In this document: positions 17,245-25,407 of the stretch, piece after piece | Position numbering within the stretch: position 1 is the first letter of the stretch | Layout: every line of letters begins with the position of its first letter | The notes under the pieces: generated by a model | Databases searched by the model: none | What the model was told of the DNA's origin: nothing | What the model saw: only the letters and a program-made list of their open reading frames with translations | From: Patescibacteria group bacterium | GTDB lineage: Bacteria > Patescibacteriota > Saccharimonadia > UBA4664 > SCTI01 | DNA length: 64,000 bases | NCBI GenBank assembly: GCA_004297735.1 | Contig: SCTI01000002.1 | Coordinates: 192,160-256,159 of the forward strand | Direction of reading: 5' to 3' | Translations under genes and position numbers: made by a program

Positions 17245-17396
17245 TGAATTGTTAATGTTTAATATTAGACATTTTTTAGTAATTATGTTATGCTTTATCT
17301 CAACTACAGGTACTGCCACTTTATAACCAGGCAGTAGTGATGAATGTTAGACTTCTGGTCTCGACTGTTCGTCAGCCGAGTAGCAGAAAGGTATTC

Positions 17397-18611
17397 ATGC
17401 AACGTAAATCAAGTTTTAAGTCCCCCTCTACCCGAGGCGGGAAGGTATTTCGTAATAATAAGTTTGGCGGAGGTAATCGCCGACGTAATGGTGGTGGCCA
17501 GCACGGTAAGTACATTGACCCGTCACGATTCGTAAACACCGCCGTAGAGCGGGCCGAAGAGGCACCATTTGTGCCTGAACATAGCTTTAACGACTTTGGC
17601 TTACTGCCTCAGCTAGAAAAAGCGCTGGCGGCCAAGGGCTACTCTACCCCTACTCCAATTCAGGACGGTGCAATCAAGCCGGCAATGGAAGGTCGCGATG
17701 TGATTGGTCTCGCCAATACCGGTACCGGTAAAACGGCGGCCTTTACCCTACCGATCATTCACCGCTTGGTAAATCAGCCACAACTAGGAATCGCTTTGAT
17801 TATGGCCCCGACTCGCGAGCTAGCGGTCCAGATCGATGATGAGTTTAAAGAGTTCGCCAAGCATACCCACCTAAAATCGGCGCTGTGCCTGGGCGGTGTA
17901 AGCATTCACCGTCAGATTGCTCAGTTAAGGCGACGCCCACAGGTAATCATTGGAACTCCTGGGCGACTTAAGGATTTGTTTAACAATAATCACTTGCCAC
18001 TAAACAAGGTTGGCGTAGTGGTACTGGACGAAGCCGACCACATGTTGGATATGGGCTTCATTCAGGACATTCGCTTTTTACTCGGTCAGCTGCCGGATAA
18101 GCGCCAGTCGCTATGCTTTAGCGCTACTCTCACACCTGAGATTAAACAGCTGATTCACGGGATTATGACCGATCCGGTTACCGTTTCGGTTCGCACCGGC
18201 GACACCAGTAGCCAGGTCGAGCAAAACGTCATTCGCGGTGGCTCGAAGGAAGATAAGTTCCGTATTCTGGAAGAGATGCTGCGCCAGCCCGACTTCGAGA
18301 AGGTTCTGATTTTTGGACAGACCAAGTTCGGCGTACAACGACTGGCCGATAACCTAACTCGGATTGGCATTGCTGCCGAGGCGATTCATGGTAACAAAAC
18401 CCAGCCAAAGCGTCAGAAGTCACTGCGGGCCTTTAAGAGCGGCCAGGTTTCAGTATTAGTGGCAACCGATGTTGCCGCCCGTGGCCTGGACATTCCAAAG
18501 GTAAGCCACGTGATTAACTTTGATCAGCCGGCGACCTACGAAGACTACATTCACCGCATTGGCCGTACCGGCCGCGCCGGACGCACCGGCCAAGCTCTGA
18601 CTTTTATTTAA
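17397..18611 (+). CDS. DEAD/DEAH-box RNA helicase (RhlE-like)
   Basis: Q motif TPIQ, ANTGTGKT, PTRELA, DEAD, SAT, ARGLD, HRIGRTGR. Confidence 0.93.
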   Translation: MQRKSSFKSPSTRGGKVFRNNKFGGGNRRRNGGGQHGKYIDPSRFVNTAVERAEEAPFVPEHSFNDFGLLPQLEKALAAKGYSTPTPIQDGAIKPAMEGRDVIGLANTGTGKTAAFTLPIIHRLVNQPQLGIALIMAPTRELAVQIDDEFKEFAKHTHLKSALCLGGVSIHRQIAQLRRRPQVIIGTPGRLKDLFNNNHLPLNKVGVVVLDEADHMLDMGFIQDIRFLLGQLPDKRQSLCFSATLTPEIKQLIHGIMTDPVTVSVRTGDTSSQVEQNVIRGGSKEDKFRILEEMLRQPDFEKVLIFGQTKFGVQRLADNLTRIGIAAEAIHGNKTQPKRQKSLRAFKSGQVSVLVATDVAARGLDIPKVSHVINFDQPATYEDYIHRIGRTGRAGRTGQALTFI

Positions 18612-18701
18612 TAAAGGTTGAACTAATTAAATAATTATTATATTATCGGATATTCTGTTGTCCGATAATCAGAGGTACCAAACCCCCAACCAGGAGCGAT
18701 C

Positions 18702-18929
18702 ATGGAAGCCTCAATTGAGCTGGATCCGCCCCGCTGTACATACCTAGGTGAGGTCGGTATGGCTGGAGCAGGCATCTGCGATGAAGCTGCAGTCAGCCTG
18801 GTCGAAGCAAACGGTACCAAGCATCCACGCTGCCTGGTACATGCCGGCAAAATCAAGCCCGGTACAGAAGGTACGATCACCTGGCTGGAAAACTCTCCGC
18901 ACCTGATCCCAACCCGACCGAAAGGATAG
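18702..18929 (+). CDS. small Cys/His orphan protein (possible Zn binder)
   Basis: Promoter TTGAAC-17-TATTAT (18618-18646), SD AGGAG; C..C..CxxH. Confidence 0.55.
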   Translation: MEASIELDPPRCTYLGEVGMAGAGICDEAAVSLVEANGTKHPRCLVHAGKIKPGTEGTITWLENSPHLIPTRPKG

Positions 18930-18930
18930 A

Positions 18931-19272
18931 ATGCAAGACTCCTGGATGTCGCGGATGTGGCTCCCGAAATGGCGAGTAGACATCCGCAAGCTGAACGGTG
19001 GCGACATGATTCTGCTGAGGTCCAAGCGACGGTTGATCAAGCTCGAGGTCACCAACCCCGAAGCTGGATACGTGGTCGTCCTCAGTCATGACATCGTTGG
19101 GCCAACGCTGTGGGATAGGACTCCTTACCGCCTAACCGGGCGGCGGCCACAGCCTCAAAAAGGAACCTTCATCGAAACACTCGGGCCAATATGGTGGTAC
19201 GGCCTGAGTATGACTTGGTCGCTTCCTCGAGAACGCTACGCCGTTTATACCAGGAAACGGCCCAGCCATTAA
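18931..19272 (+). CDS. orphan hypothetical protein
   Basis: Starts 1 nt after the upstream stop; ends at the 3' element. Confidence 0.5.
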   Translation: MQDSWMSRMWLPKWRVDIRKLNGGDMILLRSKRRLIKLEVTNPEAGYVVVLSHDIVGPTLWDRTPYRLTGRRPQPQKGTFIETLGPIWWYGLSMTWSLPRERYAVYTRKRPSH

Positions 19273-19316
19273 CCCCCTTACCGCAAGGAAAGACCCTGCT
19301 GTAAGGGGGTCTTTTT
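19272..19316 (+). repeat. conserved 3' hairpin element, copy 3
   Basis: ACCCCCTTACCGCA-AGGAAAGACCC-TGCTGTAAGGGGGT-CTTTTT. Confidence 0.7.
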
Positions 19317-19356
19317 GTTTACACTTAGCTGATACATTTACGCTATAATAGATCGC

Positions 19357-19974
19357 ATGGAACAAGCAATTTTAGATTTAACCGCCTCATTTGGTTACGG
19401 CGGCATTGTTATTTTAATGATCATTGAGGTGGTCTTCCCGCTAGTCCCCTCTGAGATTGTGCTACCGCTAGCCGGTTTTGCAGCTGCCAACGGCAAGCTC
19501 TGGCTGCCTCTAGTGATTTTAATTGCTTCGATCGGGGCGACGCTTGGCTCAACCGTTATTTACGCGATTGCCCACCTAGTTCCCGATCCGGTTATCTATC
19601 GCCTGGTTGAACGTTACGGCAAGTGGTTTGGAATTGGCAAAAAGGATGTCGAACGAGCCGATGCCTGGTTTGATCGTAACGCGATTATGGCGGTGTTTAT
19701 CTGCCGGATGATACCTGGCCTCCGCACCGTCATCTCGCTGCCGGCTGGATTGAGCAAGATGCACCCGGTGCCGTTCATGGTGGCGACCTTTTTGGGCACC
19801 CTGGTTTGGACTACCTTGCTGGTGGTAGCCGGCTACATGCTCGGGGACCAGTACCAAAAGATCGCCCACGCGGTTGGACTGCTAAGCTATGCGGTGGTAG
19901 CGGTTATAACGGTGGCAGTTATTTACTTTATTTGGCACCGCCGACACGTAATTAAAAAGGCGCTCGGTCGTTAA
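19357..19974 (+). CDS. dedA: DedA family membrane protein
   Basis: FPLVPSEIVLPLAG, RMIPGLRTVISLPAG. Confidence 0.9.
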   Translation: MEQAILDLTASFGYGGIVILMIIEVVFPLVPSEIVLPLAGFAAANGKLWLPLVILIASIGATLGSTVIYAIAHLVPDPVIYRLVERYGKWFGIGKKDVERADAWFDRNAIMAVFICRMIPGLRTVISLPAGLSKMHPVPFMVATFLGTLVWTTLLVVAGYMLGDQYQKIAHAVGLLSYAVVAVITVAVIYFIWHRRHVIKKALGR

Positions 19975-19983
19975 CTAGCGGTT

Positions 19984-20841
19984 CTATTGCGTAGCCGGAG
20001 CGACCTGCTCTCTACCCAACAATGCACTAGCATAACGGTTGTACTGATCAACCTTGGCGTTATAGGTGCTAATTTTAGCGTTAATGGCTGGCACCTGAGC
20101 GTTGTAGGCAATCACCTGGCCGCGGGCGAGCTGAACGTTCATTTTAGCCCTGGTCGCCTCAATCTCTTGGTTGAGCGCATCGATTTCGGCGCGCAGACCA
20201 TCAAAGGTGCGGTTAAAGCGGTCGTTGGCGGCTACGACGACGGTGCGGTCATTAAAGTAACGGGAGTAATAGCGTTCTAGCTGCGGCGATAACACCGCGC
20301 GCTCGGTACCCAAAATAGAGTGCAGCTCATTAAGCTGGTCGCCGGCATCCAGCTTGGCATAAACCGCCAAGCGCTCCTTGAGCTTGGGGTCGACAATGGT
20401 TGAATAAAACCGGCGCAACTCGGTATTGAGTTGGTCGCGCTCCTGACGGCTCAGCCGGTCGTAGGCAGCATGTAGCATCTCATGAGCGGCGGTAACCGGC
20501 ATCTCATCGGCTAGGTCCGCCTGCTGCACATCAAGCAGGTAGATCTTGTTGGTCGACAGGTAGCAGCCCAGCTCAATGGTGTTGGCGTCTTGGATCCGAC
20601 AGCGTTCGGCTAACTGATTGCGATCGGCGGTAATTTCGGGGTTAGCCCGGTAAAACAGTCGCCTCCCCTGCTCATTCATTGAAGCCTGATCAGCCAGCTG
20701 CGAGATATTAGCTGGCGGCTGATAGCTACGCAGAACCCACCAGTCTTGAATCTCATCACTATAGCTGTACAGGCCGTAGGCCAGCCCGGCTAGCAGCCCA
20801 ACCACGACTAGATTAATAAGAACTTTAAGTAACTTTGGCAT
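19984..20841 (-). CDS. membrane-anchored putative zinc metallopeptidase with a coiled-coil tail
   Basis: N-terminal TM, TAAHEMLHAAY (HEXXH), NELHS. Confidence 0.7.
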   Translation of the reverse strand: MPKLLKVLINLVVVGLLAGLAYGLYSYSDEIQDWWVLRSYQPPANISQLADQASMNEQGRRLFYRANPEITADRNQLAERCRIQDANTIELGCYLSTNKIYLLDVQQADLADEMPVTAAHEMLHAAYDRLSRQERDQLNTELRRFYSTIVDPKLKERLAVYAKLDAGDQLNELHSILGTERAVLSPQLERYYSRYFNDRTVVVAANDRFNRTFDGLRAEIDALNQEIEATRAKMNVQLARGQVIAYNAQVPAINAKISTYNAKVDQYNRYASALLGREQVAPATQ

Positions 20842-20868
20842 GATCTGATTGTACTATATCTGTACACT

Positions 20869-20894
20869 AAAAAGCGCCCAGATGGGCGCTTTTT
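20869..20894. terminator. bidirectional terminator
   Basis: AAAAAGCGCCCA-ga-TGGGCGCTTTTT. Confidence 0.75.
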
Positions 20895-20917
20895 AGGTTC
20901 AATCTTAACTAAATTAG

Positions 20918-22033
20918 CTAGGGCTTAATGTACTGATTAACCTTAGCCTGCTTGAGCTGATCCTCAACGTACTGGTCGAAATCAACACCCTTAATCAAGA
21001 TGTGGGAGGCACGAACTTGGTCGTCCTTCTTTTCGGTCACCTTAATAATGTGATAACCGTACTTGGTCTTAACGAGGCCGGAAATCTGACCCGGCTGCAA
21101 CTCAAAGGCCGCTTTTTCGAACTCTGGCACCATCTGGCCTTTGCTAAAGAACCCGAGGTCTCCGCCATTGGCCGCACTGCTATCTTGCGAGTACTTCTTA
21201 GCTAGCTCGGCGAAATCACCGCCACCCTGCACCTGCTTAAGTGCCTCTTCGGCCTTAGCCTTGGCCTGAGCGTTCATGCTTGGGTCGTCCTGTAGCTTTT
21301 CGCTGGTCTTCTGCTTGAGCAACTGGAAGCGAATCTTCTTTTGCAAATCACCCTTATCCCAACCGTAGTACTTCTTTAAGACTTCCTTAACCTTATCTTC
21401 GCCACCGGCCGACTTGGTGATTTGATCAACCTGCTCTTTAACCTCTTTTTCGGTTACGGTCACCTTTTGCTGCTTAGCAATCTGGCGCACCACCGCCTCT
21501 TGTTGCAACTGCGTAAGAACCTGCTCTTCGAGCTGCTTTAAGCGCTTCTTGCCGTCCTCGCTGGTAAAGTCAATCTGCTGACCGCCGCTCTCACTGCTTT
21601 GACTCTGGTAGTAGTGCTTGATGGAGTTAACCTCAAACAAGTAGGTGCCGTAGGTGACCCAGGTATTATTAACCTTCTCAGCCGGATAAGGCACGATGTT
21701 TGCGACCACCTGTACAACTCGATTGTCGCTCTTATACTTGTAGATCAAAACACCAAACACTAACAGGAAGACAGCGATGATGCCTACAATGGTGCCACCA
21801 ATAATCAACCAGTTACGCTTGCTAGAAGAGCTAGATTTTTTAGAGTTTGAATCGGTTGGCGGCATTACGGTAGCGCTTGAAGCAATCCCTGAACCAACTT
21901 CGGGTGATGCGACAACCGGCTGAGCGGCCTTTGACTCATTAGTTTTTGTTGCTTTATGTGATGATGACTTTTTAGGAGCCGCCTTACGCGCAACTGCCCT
22001 CTTAGCCGGTTTCTTGCTGTCGTCCAAAACCAA
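20918..22033 (-). CDS. prsA: PrsA/SurA-type parvulin peptidyl-prolyl isomerase
   Basis: FAELAKKYSQD..GGDLG...MVPEFE..AF, TKYGYHII; start uncertain. Confidence 0.85.
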   Translation of the reverse strand: MVLDDSKKPAKRAVARKAAPKKSSSHKATKTNESKAAQPVVASPEVGSGIASSATVMPPTDSNSKKSSSSSKRNWLIIGGTIVGIIAVFLLVFGVLIYKYKSDNRVVQVVANIVPYPAEKVNNTWVTYGTYLFEVNSIKHYYQSQSSESGGQQIDFTSEDGKKRLKQLEEQVLTQLQQEAVVRQIAKQQKVTVTEKEVKEQVDQITKSAGGEDKVKEVLKKYYGWDKGDLQKKIRFQLLKQKTSEKLQDDPSMNAQAKAKAEEALKQVQGGGDFAELAKKYSQDSSAANGGDLGFFSKGQMVPEFEKAAFELQPGQISGLVKTKYGYHIIKVTEKKDDQVRASHILIKGVDFDQYVEDQLKQAKVNQYIKP

Positions 22034-22061
22034 AACTCCTTATGCTACTAGTTATCCTACC

Positions 22062-22586
22062 TTAATTCGTTGGGGGTGTCGAGGTGATGTGATGAGCCAC
22101 CTCCATCATCTGGGAGTGGACCTCTTCGGGGTGCATCACGCTACGCAAAACCCACTCTCCGGTATAGGTTTGAACGTTAATATCGCCAAACTTAAGCAGG
22201 GCCGCCTGCAAACCCTTAATGTGGTAGTTAATTGACTGTACTTTTTCGAAGCCAACCTCACTAACCTTGCGGTTGAACAGGCCGTGCTGAGTAATGTCGA
22301 TAAGTCGGCGATTGGTCACAATATAAACGCTGTAATACCAGCCAATCCAGTAATAAAACCAGTAGGCCAAAACCAGGAACGGTGTGCCGATCATGATGTA
22401 CAACGCGATATCGGAGAGTGGCCAGATTAGCAGTGGCCCAATCCCAACAAGTATCGCCAGCATGCCATAAATTAACTGTCGGCGAAGCACCACCGGATGC
22501 TGCCGAAACACCAATACCACCTCCTCTCCGGGATGCTGCCCGGGAAACTCTTTTGGTTGGCTGTTTTTAGTGTCTTTAGCGCTCAT
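22062..22586 (-). CDS. bacterial PH-domain membrane protein
   Basis: Two TM, YIVTNRRLI..GLF.R.V.E...VQ. Confidence 0.75.
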   Translation of the reverse strand: MSAKDTKNSQPKEFPGQHPGEEVVLVFRQHPVVLRRQLIYGMLAILVGIGPLLIWPLSDIALYIMIGTPFLVLAYWFYYWIGWYYSVYIVTNRRLIDITQHGLFNRKVSEVGFEKVQSINYHIKGLQAALLKFGDINVQTYTGEWVLRSVMHPEEVHSQMMEVAHHITSTPPTN

Positions 22587-22667
22587 GTTTATATTGTAGC
22601 AGGGTTAAAAAATATTGAGTTGACAGCGTTCGGTTTTTGTATGGTACACTTTCGGCAGGAGATGACC

Positions 22668-22730
22668 ATGTTACATAATAAACGTCACACAACTTGGTCG
22701 AGTTTTAGCGGGACAAACCATCCGTCGTAG
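22668..22730 (+). CDS. putative leader peptide (MLHNKRHTTWSSFSGTNHPS)
   Basis: SD AGGAG at 22657-22661; lies between the promoter and a terminator hairpin. Confidence 0.45.
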   Translation: MLHNKRHTTWSSFSGTNHPS

Positions 22731-22755
22731 GTTGGTGTGCTTGTTTGCTGTCGCG

Positions 22756-22780
22756 AGCTGCCAACCGGCAGCTTTTTTGT
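22756..22780 (+). terminator. attenuator terminator in the 5' leader
   Basis: AGCTGCC-aacc-GGCAGCT-TTTTT, about 20 nt before the start at 22802. Confidence 0.65.
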
Positions 22781-22801
22781 ACCCTACAACCAGGAGTCAG
22801 C

Positions 22802-23407
22802 ATGTTTGAGATCTTTGATCGCAACTTCATCAGCCTGATCGACCAGCTGGTGATCGAGGCGGCGCGTCACGGCGCCAGCTACTACCCGCAAGCGCTCAAG
22901 CCGTCGGTGTGGCAGGGGCTGGCAGACGAGGTGGCAAACGACCAATTCACCACGCTGACGCCGGATCCGTCAAAAACGGTGGTTGAGGACATGGAGATCC
23001 TCAAGATTCCGCTTGGAGACGACAACCACCCCCTGATCAACATTGTTGGGGGCCGGCTGCGGGATTTGGTTCAGCCGGCCGTCAAGCGGTTGTGCCTCAC
23101 GCAATGGAAGCCCAACGAAGCAGCCGCTCACCGCTACCACGCTGGGTCGCAAGCACTGGGTGCGCACCGCGACTTTTCGACCGACAAGGTCCTGATTGCA
23201 GTGTTCACCACCGGTGGCAGCGGCGACTTTGAGCTGCTCAATGACGACGGCAGCCTGCACACCCGGTGGGAGTCGAACCCGGGTGGCCTGTGCTTGATGC
23301 GAGCCCCCGGCCTGAACGTCGACGCGGTTGATGACCGACCGCTCCACCGCGCTCTTCCGCCCAAGAGCGGCACCCGCCAGGCGGTTATCTACCGCCAGGT
23401 TCAGTAG
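22802..23407 (+). CDS. 2OG-Fe(II) dioxygenase, AlkB-like superfamily
   Basis: HRY..G..LGAHRD (HxD), distal H, RQAVIYR (RxxxxxR). Confidence 0.72.
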   Translation: MFEIFDRNFISLIDQLVIEAARHGASYYPQALKPSVWQGLADEVANDQFTTLTPDPSKTVVEDMEILKIPLGDDNHPLINIVGGRLRDLVQPAVKRLCLTQWKPNEAAAHRYHAGSQALGAHRDFSTDKVLIAVFTTGGSGDFELLNDDGSLHTRWESNPGGLCLMRAPGLNVDAVDDRPLHRALPPKSGTRQAVIYRQVQ

Positions 23408-23471
23408 CCATAACGGTACCGGGGTCGTAAAGACTCCGGTACCTCAACCTAATAATGCAAGGACTACCCTA

Positions 23472-24005
23472 ATGAAAGATGAAAATATTATTAAAAAGCT
23501 TTTACAAAATATTGGTGAAGATCCTGAGCGTGAAGGCCTGGTTAAAACACCGGTTCGCTATCTTGATTTTATTCGTCAAGCAACTAGCCCGAAACCAATC
23601 GATTTTACTACCTTTGACGCCGAAAACTATGACGAGATGATCGTCCAAAAACAGATCCGGTTTTACAGCTTATGCGAGCACCACCTTCTCCCCTTTTTTG
23701 GCACCGGTGTAATTGCCTATGTGCCCAACAAACGAATCGTGGGGCTGTCTAAGCTGGCTCGCACCCTGGATCACCACAGTAAGCGACTGCAAAACCAGGA
23801 GCGCATCACCACACAGGTGGCCGATGAACTCGAAGCGGTGCTCAAACCTAAGGGAGTGGCGGTGATTTTGTCGGCCCGCCATATGTGCATGGAGATGCGC
23901 GGGGTTTGCCAGCCCGAAGCGGTTACAACCACCTCGCGATTAACTGGAGTGTTTAAGTCGCGGCCCGAAACTCGAACCGAACTGTTGAGGTTGGCTTCCA
24001 TATAA
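23472..24005 (+). CDS. folE: GTP cyclohydrolase I
   Basis: GEDPEREGL..TP.R, SLCEHHLLPF, GLSKLAR, LQNQER, HMCMEMRG. Confidence 0.93.
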   Translation: MKDENIIKKLLQNIGEDPEREGLVKTPVRYLDFIRQATSPKPIDFTTFDAENYDEMIVQKQIRFYSLCEHHLLPFFGTGVIAYVPNKRIVGLSKLARTLDHHSKRLQNQERITTQVADELEAVLKPKGVAVILSARHMCMEMRGVCQPEAVTTTSRLTGVFKSRPETRTELLRLASI

Positions 24006-24065
24006 TTACTTCGCCCCTAGGGGCTAATCTGCAAGCCAGATGGTATAATCTGGACGTACTTGCCT

Positions 24066-24141
24066 GCCCCGATAGCTCAGTGGATAGAGCGCCTCCGTCC
24101 TAAGGAGGGCGTCGGGAGTTCGAATCTCTCTCGGGGCGCCA
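24066..24141 (+). tRNA. tRNA-Arg(CCT)
   Basis: GCCCCGA/TCGGGGC acceptor stem, CCTCC-GTCCTAA-GGAGG anticodon arm, encoded CCA. Confidence 0.9.
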
Positions 24142-24224
24142 GGAATTATAAATGCGAAACCCCGCCCCAGAGTTAGACTCCAGAGCGGGGCGAAAGGTTC
24201 GAGCCGATCCACGTTGTCAGCGAA

Positions 24225-24395
24225 CTACCGAGAGGCTGCTCTTGCCTTAATGGCTTGGTACAGGCTCTCGAGCTCGTCAACAAGCGATTCATCGTGAGGC
24301 ACTTCGCACTCATGGTGGTTCCTAGCCAAGTCGCATACCAACATTGGTACGGTCACCACCAAGACGACAACAGCACCTATGACAAGCCCCAGCAT
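24225..24395 (-). CDS. small single-TM orphan protein
   Basis: TGATG coupling to the upstream ORF; hydrophobic N-terminus. Confidence 0.5.
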   Translation of the reverse strand: MLGLVIGAVVVLVVTVPMLVCDLARNHHECEVPHDESLVDELESLYQAIKARAASR

Positions 24396-24949
24396 CACGG
24401 GAAGCGGGCGGAAGCCTGATTGACCGCTGACTTGGCGTCGTTCCACGCCCTGATGTCGAGTCCCCTCATCACATCGATACCAGGTGAGCTATTCAGAGAG
24501 CGCGCCATGGCGTCCCCGGCGGCAGTCAGCTTCCGATACAGCTCCTCATCGATGAGGAGCTTCCTGGTGGGCGGCGTTTCCGGATCTGAGGATTGAACTG
24601 GGATGTCGCCTGGCTCGTCTTCGTGCTTGAAGCCGGCGACTCGGAGTGCAGCAGAGATCGCCGCCGCCATGCGAACATCACGAGGACACATGTCCGGAGG
24701 GTCATCGAACACCGCTAGCGCTTCGGCGATGGCCTTTTCGTTGTTGGATAGCTGCGCGACATCAGATGCGTTGATGATTTTGACTCCAGCCCCAAGCAGA
24801 AGCCATTGCTTGGACATCTCGATCAGGTTGAGAATCTTCCCTGGATCGATCTCCATCGACTGACCTTCATTCCACAACATGTTCGCGATCCTGCTCAACT
24901 CATCAAGGTCGAGGGGTCTGCGAACGGGAGTTTCAGCTTCGTCACTCAT
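24395..24949 (-). CDS. orphan hypothetical protein
   Basis: 184-aa ORF from MSDEAETP; SD-like AGGTGG. Confidence 0.55.
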   Translation of the reverse strand: MSDEAETPVRRPLDLDELSRIANMLWNEGQSMEIDPGKILNLIEMSKQWLLLGAGVKIINASDVAQLSNNEKAIAEALAVFDDPPDMCPRDVRMAAAISAALRVAGFKHEDEPGDIPVQSSDPETPPTRKLLIDEELYRKLTAAGDAMARSLNSSPGIDVMRGLDIRAWNDAKSAVNQASARFP

Positions 24950-25138
24950 TCTGCCACCTAATTGGTCGACATTTACATTTCTTGCCGCCAGTAACAACTA
25001 GCGCGCATGGCAGTAATAGTAAAATGCCACCAACCAACTAGCAAGCTTAAGGGTTACTGCAGCCCACATCGTCATCTTGCTCTGATAGATTTTCAATATT
25101 TGACTTTTTGTTTAAAAATAGATACAATTGTAACTACT

Positions 25139-25402
25139 ATGAGTATTTACGATGTCACAGTAATAAAAACCGGTAATTCCTATGCGCTTCGGGTTCCTAA
25201 GCGCTATATTGAAGATGCTCAGCTGGAGCTTGGCCAAAAGACCGCCATTCAACTGCCATCTCCTCAGGTCAAGCAAGACCGAAAACGGGTTCAAAGCTTG
25301 CTTGGACAGCTTCAACACATCGGCGCCTATAGCACTATTTCCGACCCGGTTGCATGGCAAAAAGCTGCTCGGGCTGATCGCAAACTTCCCGGCAGAAAGT
25401 AG
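25139..25402 (+). CDS. AbrB/MazE-type antitoxin
   Basis: VIKTGNSYALRVPK; palindrome TAGaTACAATTGTAaCTA upstream. Confidence 0.8.
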   Translation: MSIYDVTVIKTGNSYALRVPKRYIEDAQLELGQKTAIQLPSPQVKQDRKRVQSLLGQLQHIGAYSTISDPVAWQKAARADRKLPGRK

Positions 25403-25407
25403 GACGC

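Noticed and set aside
12923-19316. Prophage or integrative element at tRNA-Asp
   Set aside because: No integrase, att duplication, structural or replication genes; host-type genes such as the DEAD-box helicase are interspersed.
22651-22801. Known riboswitch (preQ1, ZTP, THF) upstream of folE
   Set aside because: I could not recognise their conserved cores by eye; reported as an attenuator instead. An Rfam scan would settle it.
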